This document shows, in pieces, positions 12,047 through 24,956 of a stretch of DNA of 64,000 nt (the stretch's first letter is position 1; each line of letters starts with the position of its first letter). The stretch lies in NCBI GenBank assembly GCA_024679065.1, contig JAGIQG010000024.1, forward strand, positions 2,976,001 to 3,040,000, given 5' to 3'. A program made the position numbers and the translations under genes. Under the pieces are notes generated by a model. The model saw nothing but the letters and a program-made list of their open reading frames with translations. It was not told the origin of the DNA and did not search any database. This stretch comes from Sphyrna mokarran (taxonomy: Eukaryota).

Positions 12047-15000
12047 AATACACTGGGAACACAGGTATCACAGCACAGGTATTAATACACTGGGAACACA
12101 GGTATCACAGCACAGGTATTAATACACTGGGAACATAGGTATCACAGCACAGGTATTAATACACTGGGAACACAGGTATCACAGCACAGGTATTAATACA
12201 CTGGGAACATAGGTATCACAGCACAGGTATTAATACACTGGGAACATAGGTATCACAGCACAGGTATTAATACACTGGGAACACAGGTATCACAGCACAG
12301 GTATTAATACACTGGGAACACAGGTATCACAGCACAGGTATTAATACACTGGGAACACAGGTATCACAGCACAGGTATTAATACACTGGGAACACAGGTA
12401 TCACAGCACAGGTATTAATACACTGGGAACATAGGTATCACAGCACAGGTATTAATACACTGGGAACACAGGTATCATACACTGGGAACATAGTATCACA
12501 GCACAGCTATTAATACACTGGGAGCACAGGTATCACAGCACAGGTATTAATACACTGGGAGCACAGGTATCACAGCACAGCTATTAATACACTGGGAGCA
12601 CAGGTATCACAGCACAGGTATTAATACACTGGGAACACAGGTATCACAGCACAGGTATTAATACACTGGGAACACAGGTATCACAGCACAGGTATTAATA
12701 CACTGGGAACACAGGTATCACAGCACAGGTATTAATACACTGGGAGCACAGGTATCACAGCACAGCTATTAATACACTGGGAGCACAGGTATCACAGCAC
12801 AGGTATTAATACACTGGGAACACAGGTATCACAGCACAGGTATTAATACACTGGGAACATAGGTATCACAGCACAGGTATTAATACACTGGGAACATAGG
12901 TATCACAGCACAGGTATTAATACACTGGGAACACAGGTATCACAGCACAGGTATTAATACACTGGGAACACAGGTATCACAGCACAGGTATTAATACACT
13001 GGGAACACAGGTATCACAGCACAGGTATTAATACACTGGGAACACAGGTATCACAGCACAGGTATTAATACACTGGGAACACAGGTATCACAGCACAGGT
13101 ATTAATACACTGGGAACACAGGTATCACAGCACAGGTATTAATACACTGGGACACAGGTATCACAGCACAGCTATTAATACACTGGGAGCACAGGTATCA
13201 CAGCACAGGTATTAATACACTGGGAGCACAGGTATCACAGCACAGGTATTAATACACTGGGAACACAGGTATCACAGCACAGGTATTAATACACTGGGAA
13301 CACAGGTATCACAGCACAGGTATTAATACACTGGGAACACAGGTATTAATACACTGGGAACATAGGTATCACAGCACAGGTATTAATACACTGGGAGCAC
13401 AGGTATCACAGCACAGGTATTAATACACTGGGAACACAGGTATCACAGCACAGGTATTAATACACTGGGAACACAGGTATCACAGCACAGGTATTAATAC
13501 ACTGGGAACACAGGTATCACAGCACAGGTATTAATACACTGGGAACACAGGTATCACAGCACAGGTATTAATACACTGGGAACACAGGTATCACAGCACA
13601 GCTATTAATACACTGGGAGCACAGGTATCACAGCACAGGTATTAATACACTGGGAGCACAGGTATCACAGCACAGCTATTAATACACTGGGAGCACAGGT
13701 ATCACAGCACAGGTATTAATACACTGGGAACACAGGTATCACAGCACAGGTATTAATACACTGGGAACATAGGTATCACAGCACAGGTATTAATACACTG
13801 GGAGCACAGGTATCACAGCACAGGTATTAATACACTGGGAGCACAGGTATCACAGCACAGCTATTAATACACTGGGAGCACAGGTATCACAGCACAGCTA
13901 TTAATACACTGGGAGCACAGGTATCACAGCACAGGTATTAATACACTGGGAGCACAGGTATCACAGCACAGCTATTAATACACTGGGAGCACAGGTATCA
14001 CAGCACAGCTATTAATACACTGGGAGCACAGGTATCACAGCACAGGTATTAATACACTGGGAGCACAGGTATCACAGCACAGCTATTAATACACTGGGAG
14101 CACAGGTATCACAGCACAGGTATTAATACACTGGGAACATAGGTATCACAGCACAGGTATTAATACACTGGGAACATAGGTATCACAGCACAGGTATTAA
14201 TACACTGGGAACACAGGTATTAATAACTGGGAACATAGGTATCACAGCACAGCTATTAATACACTGGGAACATAGGTATCAGAGCACAGGTATTAATACA
14301 CTGGGAGCACAGGTATCACAGCACAGCTATTAATACACTGGGAACATGGTATCACAGCACAGGTATTAATACACTGGGAACATAGGTATCACAGCACAGG
14401 TATTATACACTGGGAACAGGTATCACAGCACAGTATTAATACACTGGGGCACAGGTATCACAGCACAGGTATTAATACACTGGGAGCACAGGTATCACAG
14501 CACAGCTATTAATACACTGGGAGCACAGGTATCACAGCACAGCTATTAATACACTGGGAGCACAGGTATCACAGCACAGCTATTAATACACTGGGAGCAC
14601 AGGTATCACAGCACAGGTATTAATACACTGGGAGCACAGGTATCACAGCACAGCTATTAATACACTGGGAGCACAGGTATCAGAGCACAGGTATTAATAC
14701 ACTGGGAGCACAGGTATCACAGCACAGCTATTAATACACTGGGAGCACAGGTATCACAGCACAGCTATTAATACACTGGGAGCACAGGTATCACAGCACA
14801 GGTATTAATACACTGGGAGCACAGGTATCACAGCACAGCTATTAATACACTGGGAGCACAGGTATCACAGCACAGCTATTAATACACTGGGAGCACAGGT
14901 ATCACAGCACAGCTATTAATACACTGGGAGCACAGGTATCACAGCACAGGTATTAATACACTGGGAGCACAGGTATCAGAGCACAGCTATTAATACACTG

Positions 15001-15080
15001 GCAGCACAGGTACCAGAGCTCAGGTATCAATACACTGGGAGCACAGGTATCAATATACTGGCAGCACAGTTACTAATACT
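12047..15080 (+). repeat. 37-bp minisatellite, about 80 copies (AATACACTGGGAACACAGGTATCACAGCACAGGTATT)
   Basis: Direct tandem units without spacers; variant positions gaacac/gaacat/gagcac and ggtatt/gctatt. Confidence 0.98.
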
Positions 15081-15097
15081 CTTTTTAATTTTTTTTT

Positions 15098-18000
15098 AGA
15101 GCAACACAGCACGGGAAACAGGCCCTTCGGCCCAACGAGCCCGCGCCACCGTCATAACTATTTAGTAGCAATTCCATTATCATAATATAAAATTAGGTTA
15201 TTCCTAATATGGAAGACTCTCACTATAGGGACAATTTGTTTCCCAATCAGCCTAAGAGCGAATTTTTGGGTTGTGGGAGGAAACCGGAGCGCCCGGAGAA
15301 AACCCACTCAACCACGGGGAGAACGCGCAAACTCCCGCAGACACCGGCCCAATTCCAAGTGTCTGCACAGCCACATCGATCGTCTCTGAGCTGTCATGGT
15401 GCCCTTCAGATGGTCCACATAAAGCACTCATTTACGACATGAGGTACCAGGCAACCCATGAATCAACATCCAAGAGCTGTCCTCGCACCACCTGCCGAAT
15501 GCATGCTCATTGTTGGTCAAGTATGGACCGAATTACCTGTGGAAAAAAAGCCGTAGTTAAACAGTCCTACTATATCCCTCTATCTGCATAACGCTCATGT
15601 GGCTGTCCAAGAGACCCTTAAACAGCCCTAGCGTGCCTGTTCCCACCACCTTACTCGGCAGTGCATTCCACACCCCCACTACCCTTTGTGTGAAAAACTG
15701 CCCTCTAATATTCGTCTTATACTTAGCCCCCCTCACCCTAAGGCCATGACCCCTCGTCCTATCCATTTCTGAAAGTGGAAAAAGTTTACCTCCATTTACT
15801 CTATCTATACCCCTTATAAGCTTATACACCTCTATGAGATCCCCTCTAAGCCGACGTCTTTCAAGGGAAAACAACCCCAGTCTATTTAATCGTTCCTCAT
15901 AAGACAGTCCTTCCATACCAGGCAGCATCTTGGTAAACCTCCTCTGCACTCTCTCCAAGGACTCCACATCCTTCCGATAGTACGGCGACCAGAACTGGAC
16001 GCAGTATTCCAAGTGAGGCCTAACCAAATTTCTATACAACTGCAACATCAAACTCCTACTCTTGTATTCTATACCCTTTTCTATGAAAGCTAACATACTA
16101 TACGCCTTCTTTATCACCTTCTCCACCTGTGAGGACACTTTCAGAGACTTGTGAACCTGCACCCCCAAGTCTCTCTGCATCTCTATGCTACGTATAGTTT
16201 TACCTTTTATCCTATAACTCTCCTCTACATTTTTCCGGCCAAAATGCATCACCTCGCATTTATCCGGATTAAATTCCATTTGCCATCTATCTGCCCAGTC
16301 TACCAACCTATCTATGTCCTGTTGTATTGCCTGGCCCTGCTCCTCTGTACCCGCCAATCCAAGCATCTTAGTGTCATCAGCAAATTTGCTGATCTCCCCA
16401 CCTACCCCAACTTCCAAGTCGTTTATGTAGACCACAAATAGAAGAGGACCTAGTACTGAGCCTTGTGGCACTCCACTAGTGACAGGCTTCTAGCCGGAAA
16501 AAGAGCCTTCCACTACTACCCTCTGTCTCCTCCTCCCGAGCCAGTTCTCGACCCATCTACATACCCGACCCTGTATCCCATGCGCCTTCACCTTCTCTAT
16601 CAGTCTACCATGAGGAACCTTGTCAAACGCCTTACTGAAATCCATGTAGACGCCATCAACAGCCTGTCCTTCATCAACTGTTTTTGTCACTTCTTCAAAA
16701 AATTCCACCAGATTCGTAAGACAAGACTTCCCCTTGACGAAGCCATGCTGCGTATCCCTGATCAGATCGCAGCGCTCCAGATGCTCATACATCCTGTCCC
16801 TAAGTATCCTCTCCATTAGCTTACCTATAACTGAAGTCAAGCTCACCGGCCTATAGTTCCCTGGGTTATCCCTCTGACCTTTTTTAAACAACAGTACTAC
16901 ATTTGCTATCCTCCAGTCCTCTGGGACCTCACCTGTGTCCAAGGAAGAGACAAAGATTTGCGTCAGAGGCCCAGCTAGGTCTTCCCTCAACTCCCTTAGC
17001 AGCCTGGTGTAAATGCCATCAGGCCCCGGAGCTTTATATGTCTTTAAGCTGCCTAACAGCCCCAACACCTCTTTCCTCGTAATCTTTATTTCCCTCAACT
17101 GATCCTCAACTTTGTCAACATCAGCAACAGACATCTGGCCAGTCTCCTGTGTGAATACTGACGCAAAGTATTCATTCAGGATATCCCCCATTCCCTCAGG
17201 CTCTAAGCATAGATCCCCTCCTCTGACACTGAGAGGTCCAATCTTGCCTCTAACCATCCTTTTGCTCCTTACATAGGTGTAAAATGCCTTTGGATTTTCC
17301 TTAATCCTACCTGCCAGAGCCACCTCGTGGCCCCTTTTTGCCTTTCTAACACCCCTTTTAAGATCCCGTCTACCCTCTCTATAAGCTTCCAGCGCTGTCT
17401 CAGTCCCCAGTTGCCTAGATCTAATGTAAGCCTCTCGCTTCTTCCTGATCAAGTCCTCAATATCCCTGGTAAGCCACGGTTCTCTAATCCTACCTTTCCC
17501 ATCCTTCCTCCTTGCCGTCACGTATCTTTCCTGCAGAGCGTTTAGTTTTCCCTTGAAAGACTCCCACATGTACCTCATCGACCTGCCCTCGAAAAGCTTA
17601 TCCCAGTCGGTATCTTTAAGATCTTGCCTAATCTGGCTGTATCTAGCCCTCCCCCAGTTAAATACCTTCCCTTTTGGGCCAGTCTCATCCTTTTCCATTA
17701 ATATCCTAAAGCAGACAGAGTTGTGATCACTATTTGACACCTGCTCTCCAACCTCGACGTCAACCACCGGCCTGGCTCATTCCCCAGAACCAAATCCAGT
17801 ATAGCCCCCTCTCTAGTCGGGCCATCCACATACTGCTCCAAGGACCCTTCCAAAACACACTGTACAAATTCCTCCCCGTCCACTCCTACAGCTCTGGGCA
17901 CTCTCCAATCTACTCCAGGAAAATTGAAATCTCCCACTACTACTACCCTATTTTTCCTACACTTATCTAAAATGTCCCTGCATATCCCTTCTTCCACGGC

Positions 18001-18462
18001 CCGCGGGCTGTTGGGCGGTCTGTAGTAAACACCCAACAGAGTAACCACTCCCTTCCTATTCCTCAACTCCACCCATAGAGACTCAATTCCTAAATCATCC
18101 ATACCTCCCTCCCTCTGCACTGCTATGATGTTGTCCTTAACTAATAAAGCCACTCCCCCGCCTCTCCTCACACCAACTCTGTCATGCCTAAAACACTTAT
18201 ATCCTGGAATATTCAATTGCCAGTCTTGCCCCTCCTTCAACCACGTCTCGGTCACCGCCACCACTTCTAAACTCCTCGTGAACATTATTGCCTTCAGTTC
18301 ATCTGTTTTGCCAGTCACACTCCTCGCATTAAAACACATGGACTGAAGACCCTCAGCTCTCAGATATTCCTTTCTACCTTCTGGTGTTACCCTATCATCC
18401 CTCTCTCTCCCACTCCCAGTTCCCTCTCTCTCCCCACCCTCTCTCCCTATTAGTTTAAACAC
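15098..18462 (-). mobile_element. CR1 LINE: whole ORF2 (APE endonuclease + RT, frameshifted) with SINE-containing 3'UTR; truncated at the end of ORF1
   Basis: ORFs 17698-18462 (CFNARS, VTETW, GDFN), 16490-17767 and 15557-16471 (KFADD). Confidence 0.97.
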
Positions 18463-18540
18463 TTCTAATATTCTCTTTAGTAATTCTCTGGAAGCACAGG
18501 TGAGAGTGCTCTAGGAGGACAGATATAAATTATAGTTCTC

Positions 18541-18948
18541 TTTTGATTTGATTTATTATTTGATTTATTATTTATTTTGAAATTGAGTGTAGAATGTAAT
18601 GTTACGGTCATAGGGTGTAGAGAAAGATCAACTTACTGCAAGGTAGGTCCATTCAAAAATTTGACAGCAGCAGGGAAGAAGCTGTTTTTGAGTCGGTTAG
18701 TATGTGACCTCATCTTTTGTATCTTTTTCCTGACGGAAAAAGATGGAAGAATATCCAGGGTGCATGGGGTCCTTAATTATGCTGGCTGCTTTGCCAAGGC
18801 AGTGGGAAGTGTAGCCAGAGTCAATGCATGGGAGCATGATGTAGTTATTTTGTAGTCTTTTTGCGCCTTTTGTAGTTGTTTTGTGGCCTTGGGCAGAGCA
18901 GGAACCAGACTAAGTTGTGATACAACCAGAAAGAATGCTTTCTATGCT
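18541..18948 (-). mobile_element. Rex1/Babar-type LINE 3' fragment
   Basis: Same sequence family as 51700-52570; (atcaa)n tail. Confidence 0.75.
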
Positions 18949-19056
18949 TTCAAGTATTAATAGTCTTAGAGCACAAGTATTAATTATAATTCTCTGGCAG
19001 CACAGGTATAAATGATCTTGCTTTGGGAGGCCAAGTATTAATTATAATGTGTTGGG

Positions 19057-19160
19057 AATATTGCAGCAGGCTAAGACAGACATGTGGGCATGAGAGCAAG
19101 ATGCTGAGTTAAAATGGCAAGAAACAGCATGAGTTCATGCTGATGGACTGAGTGAAATGA
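19057..19160 (-). mobile_element. Penelope GIY-YIG region fragment
   Basis: Resembles 56595-56680. Confidence 0.4.
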
Positions 19161-19559
19161 CTTTGACAGATTTCACCACTTCTTATCTTTTAAGATAAAG
19201 TACTTGAAAACTGGAGATCTGGTGCAAAAGCACTGACCAATAAGAACCAGACTTCAAAATTACCATTTAAAAGCAACAAGCCTTAATTGTTTCTGAAATT
19301 GTAATTGATAAAATGACTCAACAAGAGTTGCTATTTCAAGTATTCAAATACATATTTAAGGGAATAAACAAAAATCCAACTTGCAAAAGAAAAATTAATG
19401 GAAAAGCAGTCTTTCTCAAAAATATGTAAAGTTTGTTTTGGAAGAAAGTAATTGAATAGCAACAAATCTGTCAACAACACTGCGATTTGAAATTGGGATA
19501 ATGTTAAAGTGAAAAAACCTCACGCACAGTTGAGAACATAAAGTGTTGTTTAAGGGGAA

Positions 19560-22297
19560 AGAACAAGTAAGAACATAAGAAATAGGAGCAGGAGTAGACT
19601 ATCCAGCCCCTCGAGTCTGCCCCACCGTTCAATAAAATCATGGCTGATCTGCAATGGTTCAGTACCACTTTCTCGCTTTCTCCCCGTAATCCTTAATTCC
19701 CTTGTCAGTCAAAAACTTATCCACACTTCACTTAAATATATTCAAAGAACAAAGATGAAAAAACAAAACAGTACGGGAAACAGGCCCTTCGGCCCAACGA
19801 GCCTGCGCCGCCACCCCGATGTTCCTACCTCTACCCACGATCCCTGTCTATGTGCATAGATCTATGGATTAAGAACCAAATTTGAGACAATCTAGAGAGA
19901 ATTTGTTTTGCCAATTAGCCTAAGAGCACATTTTTGGGATGTGGGAGGAAACCGGAGCACTCGGAGAAAACCCACGCAAGCACGGGGAGAATGTGCAAAC
20001 TCCCACAGACACAGGCCCAAATCCATGTATCTCCACAGCACAGCGATAGTCACTGAGCTGTCGTGTTGCCCATCAAATGGTCCAAGTCAAGCATACACTA
20101 ATGACGTGAAGCACTAGAATACTCTCGAAAAAATCCAAGAGCAGCCCTCTCACGACCCATCGCGTGTATGCCCCTCGTTAGACAACGAGGTGGACCAAAG
20201 CACCTGTAGGATAAAAACAAGTACATCAATATCATCATCTATTTACACACTTCCCAGGGACTCCCAAGGCTCATGATCCCTATTTTAAATCAGATTTCTA
20301 TACCCCTCCATTCCCATTCTGTTCATGTACCCATCTAAGTATTTCTTAAATAACTCCAGAGCGCCTGCCTCCACCACTTTACTTGGCAGCGCATTCCATA
20401 CCCCCACCACCCTCTGTGTGAAAAAACTCTAACATCCAAATTATATTTTACCCCTCTCACCCTAAGCCCGTGACCCCTCGTGCTATTTGAGTCCATCCTA
20501 AGAAAAAGCTTAAGCCTGTTTACTCTATCGATACCCCTCATAATCTTGTACACTTCTATTAGATCTCCTCTACATCTACATCTTTCTAAGGAAAACAGTC
20601 CCAATTTGCCTAACCTCTCCTCGTAACTCAGACCTTCCATACCAGGCAGCATCCTGGTAAACTTCCTCTGCACTCTCTCCAGAGTCTCCATGTCCTTCCA
20701 GTAGTAAGGCGACCAGAACTGGACGCAGTATTCCAAATGAGGTCTAACCAGCGTTTTATACAACTGCAACATTAAAGGCCAGTCTTGTACTCTGTACCCC
20801 TTCCTATAAAGGCTAACATACCATATGCTTTCTTCACAACCTTCAGCACCTGCTCTGCCACCTTCAGAGACTTGTTCATCTGCACCCCCAGGTCCGTCTG
20901 CGTTTCTATACTCTTAATAGGTCTACCCTTTATCATCTACCTCCCCACTACATTCTTTCTCCCAAAATGCATCACCTCACATTTATCAGGATTGAATTCC
21001 ATCTGCCATCTATCTGCCCAAGCTACCAGCCTATCTGTGTCCTGCTGCATCGCCTGACAATGCTCCTCACTATCCGCAAGTCCAGCCATCTTTGTATCGT
21101 CTGCAAACTTGCTGATCACTCCACTTACTCCCTCTTCCAAGTCATTTATATATATTACAAATAGAAGAGGTCCCAGTACCGAGACCTGTGGCACACCACT
21201 AGTGACTGATCTCCAGCTAGAAAAACACCCTTCCACTATTACTCTCTGTCTCCTATTATTAAGCCAGTTACTTATCCACCTAGCTACCTGTCCTTGTATC
21301 CCATGAGCCTTGACCTTTTCAACTAAACTCCCATGCAGGACTTTGTCAAACCCTTTCTGAAATCCATATAGACGACATCAACGGCTCGCCCTTTGTCGAC
21401 TGTTTTTGTCATCTCCTCAAAAAATTCTACCAGATTTGTAAGGCACGATCTCCCCTTAACAAAGCCATGCTAAGTATCCCTAATCAGATCGCAACGCTCT
21501 AAGTGCCTACACATCCTATCTCTAAGAATCCCCTCCAACAGCTTCCCTACCACTGACGTCAAACTCACCGGTCTATAATTTCCAGGGTTATCCCTACTAC
21601 CCTTTTTAAACAACGGTACAACATTCAATGAGGAAGCCTCCACCACTTCATCAGGCAGAGAATTCCAAAGATTCACCACCCTTTGAGTGAAGAAATTCCT
21701 GCTCAACTCTGATCTGAACCGCATCGCCACCTCCTCCCTCCCCCCCCTCTCTATTTTGAGGCTGTGCTTTCTAGTCCTGCTATCTTTGCTAAGCGGGAAG
21801 AGTCTCTCATCGTCTACCCCATCCATCCCCTTCATTATCTTATACGTCTCTATAAGATCCTCTCTCAGCCTTCTAAACTCCAACGAGTACAAACCTAGCC
21901 TATTCATTCTCTCCTCATAATCCAACGCCCTCATCTCTGGTATCACCCTAATGAACTTTCTCTGCACCCACTCCAAGGCCAATATATCCTTCCTCAAATA
22001 CGGCAACCATAACTGCACACAGTACTCCAACTGCGGCCTCACCAGTACCCTGTACACCTGCAAAAGTACCTCCCTACTTTTATATTCTATCCCCCTAGCT
22101 AGAAAGGCCAATATTGCATTCGCCTTCTTGATCACCTGCTGCACCTGCAGACTGGATTTTTGCAATTCGTGCACAAAGACCCCCAGATCCCTCTGCACCG
22201 TCACATGCTGCAGCTTTTTGCCAGTTAAATAATAATCCTTCCTACTGTTATTCCTACCAGAGTGGATAAGCTTGCTAACATTATACTCCATCTGCCA
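19560..22297 (-). mobile_element. Host CR1 3' fragment (19560-19745 and about 21618-22297) split by a younger CR1
   Basis: ORF 21470-22291 N-part; (ttcttatg) tail at 19560-19580; approximate TSD a(t/c)attcaa. Confidence 0.85.
19746..21620 (-). mobile_element. 5'-truncated CR1 with SINE-containing 3'UTR
   Basis: RT ORFs 20937-21236 and 20335-20772; 3'UTR near-identical to 26960-27485. Confidence 0.95.
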
Positions 22298-22839
22298 TTA
22301 ATGCCTGGAATCAAGTGGAATTGTTTCATTTCTGTTTTGAAGATATTATGAAAACATTTTATTGAATTGTAGGTTCTCCAGGGCTCATGAAGAATAAAGT
22401 GATAACTTTTTCAAAGATATTTGTGTCTTTTCCTATGAACTTTTTAACAGAGCTAAATTTGATAATCTGGTCACCGTCTGAGAATTGAGATCATAAAGGG
22501 GGAGATAAGCAAAGATCCTGAGACAGAGATACCCTTTGATCTTTTGAGAAGATTACCACAAAGCATGCTGTGTGAAGGAAATTTTAAAGAACCACCGAAT
22601 GGGGAAAGGTGTGAAGTAACTAATATACATAACGTGACACTGTAATAAGGAGTGAGGCCCATCTACTTGACAAACAGTATAACATGTAATGATTAACATG
22701 ACCTGGAGTGTAAGAAAACACTAGTAAATGATCACATAGTCCTTGGAGAAACTGGTTGTGAGACAATTAAAATATTTAGGGTCAAAGAGAATGAAATTAA
22801 AGCAAAAGTACTAGGAACTTTGTATTAGGATAACAATCA

Positions 22840-24135
22840 TGAACATATGTTGTAGGATCAGAAATAGGCCATTTGGCCCCTCAAACCTGCTCTATCATTC
22901 AATGAGATCTTGGCTGATCTGTTTCTGTCAAGTTCTACATTCCCATCGAGCCTGATAACCTTTGGTTTTCTTGCCTAACAAGAATCCAGTTTAAAAATAT
23001 TCAATCACCCCCCCACCTCCACTACATTCGAAGACAGAGAATTCCAAAGTCATGCAACTCTCTGAGAGAAAACATTTCTCATTTATCTCCTCTGCACTGC
23101 CTGTCATTTTTTTTTGTTCAGGCAACTTATTTTTTCTCTGTAGCTTTTCCTTTACTCTGCAAATTTTTCCCACTATTCCATCTGCTTTTTTAAATAGTTA
23201 TTTTTAACTTGTGATTGTGTTCTGGCTTCCCTATTTTATTGCAACAATGCCCAGCTCCCAGAAATGCATTTAAAAAAATCATGCTTTGTGCACAGATTTT
23301 TTAAATGTCAATGAAAGTTTATAAGATTGGTTCCAGGGATGAGAAACTTCAGTTGTGAGGACAGATTGGAGAAGTTGGGTCTGTTCTCCTTGGAGGTAAA
23401 GACTAAGAAGAGATTTGACAGTTTTCTAAATCATGAGGAACCTGGACAGGATGGGGGAAAAACCATTCCTGCTCATAAAAAAATGAGAATTACAGGGCAC
23501 AAATTAGGATGATAGGAATTAAGGGCAGAAGTAGACAAGTTCAGTCCTTCACGCTTCCTCCACTATTCAATCAAATCATGGCCAATATATTCCTGGTCTC
23601 AAATCCAACTTCCCATCTGTTCCCCATTTCTCTCTTTCCCTATTTTTGTTAAAAATATATCTATCTCCCTCTTGAAACTATTCAATGATTCAGACTTGAC
23701 TGCATTATGGGGCAATGAGTTCAACAAATTCATCCGCTCTCGAGAAATAGTTCATCCTCATCTTAGTTTTAAATCCACCATCTTGCAACCTATACCTGTG
23801 ACCTCTTGTTCTAGATTGTTCCTTAACAGAAATATTTGTTCTACATTTACTTTATCAATCCCTTTTAACATTTTACATACCTCAATCAGATCCACCCTCA
23901 TTCTTCTAAGCAAGTATAAGTCCAAATTGTTTAATCCCTTCTCAAACATCACCTCTGGAATCAATCTGGTAAATGTCTTCTGAACTGTATCCAATTCCAC
24001 CACATCCTTCCTGAAATAAGGAGACCAAAACTAGACACAATACTCCAGATGTGGTTTCACCAATGCCCTATACAACAACACTTCTCTATTTCTATACTCC
24101 AGTCCTTTTGAGATAAATGCCAATATTCCATTTGC
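22840..24135. mobile_element. Several degenerate CR1 3' fragments in both orientations
   Basis: ORFs 23327-23512 (+) and 23758-24003 (-) with decayed LEKLGLFSLE / DLIEVCKMLKG. Confidence 0.7.
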
Positions 24136-24956
24136 CAACAGCATTAAGTCATGATGTTGATCTGGAGAACTGATGCAGACACAATGAGCTGAATGGTCTC
24201 CTGCTACACTGTAACAATTATGTGATTAAACTAAGCCTGTAGAACTGCCACCTATTCTACAATACAAGGACAGCTTTGTATTTTTGTGCACCATCGGGTT
24301 CTTGCAAATTTTGTAGTGAATTTCCACTCTGGTGGATTCCTCACTTCCAAGTCTGCAGTGAAACATCTTCAACTTTTTCTCTAAGGTTTCTTTTTAGCTG
24401 CACATCTCTCTGATAAGTCTTCAGTTTTCATTCTTTGGGATGTTGTTCCGGGTTAATGCATGAGATGTTATCCTTCATATCTGTTGATCACCACAACTGA
24501 TCACCATGATATTATTGCCATTGATCATCATCACCAATGTGATATTCTTTAGAAGATGCCACTGTTGCCAATCATGTTGTGTTATGATGCACTGTGGCCT
24601 CTCAATGATGAGAACCAGTATCTTTTAACTAATAGCAATTCTCTAGTTACTGCCTTACAGGAAAGCTGTTTACTTAGTGTTCTTTACAAACTGTTTTGTG
24701 TTTATTACCATGTAATTGTATGCGTCATACTGACTGATGTCTCACCTTAGCCCTTGTTTTGCTGAGTACCTTTCTGTTAGGATGGCACACACACAGCAGG
24801 TGGTTAGATTGTCTCTTGTTGGTGATGACTATTGCCTGACTTTTGTGTGGCACTAATATTACTTCTCAATTATCAACTCAATGAAGAGTAAAATAGAAGT
24901 GGACAATACTGAAATACTCAGCAAGTTAGGAGGTATCTCCAGAGAGAAATAGCTAG

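Noticed and set aside
12047-15080. CRISPR-like array (37-bp period)
   Set aside because: Units are contiguous with no unique spacers, there are no cas genes, and the context is vertebrate
22451-22650. Possible + strand exon after tttttaacag
   Set aside because: Stops in all frames near the acceptor and no recognisable homology
24300-24780. Possible - strand mini-exon (about 24746-24773) and a low-complexity Asn/Ile-rich peptide
   Set aside because: Short frames with stops and no recognisable domain
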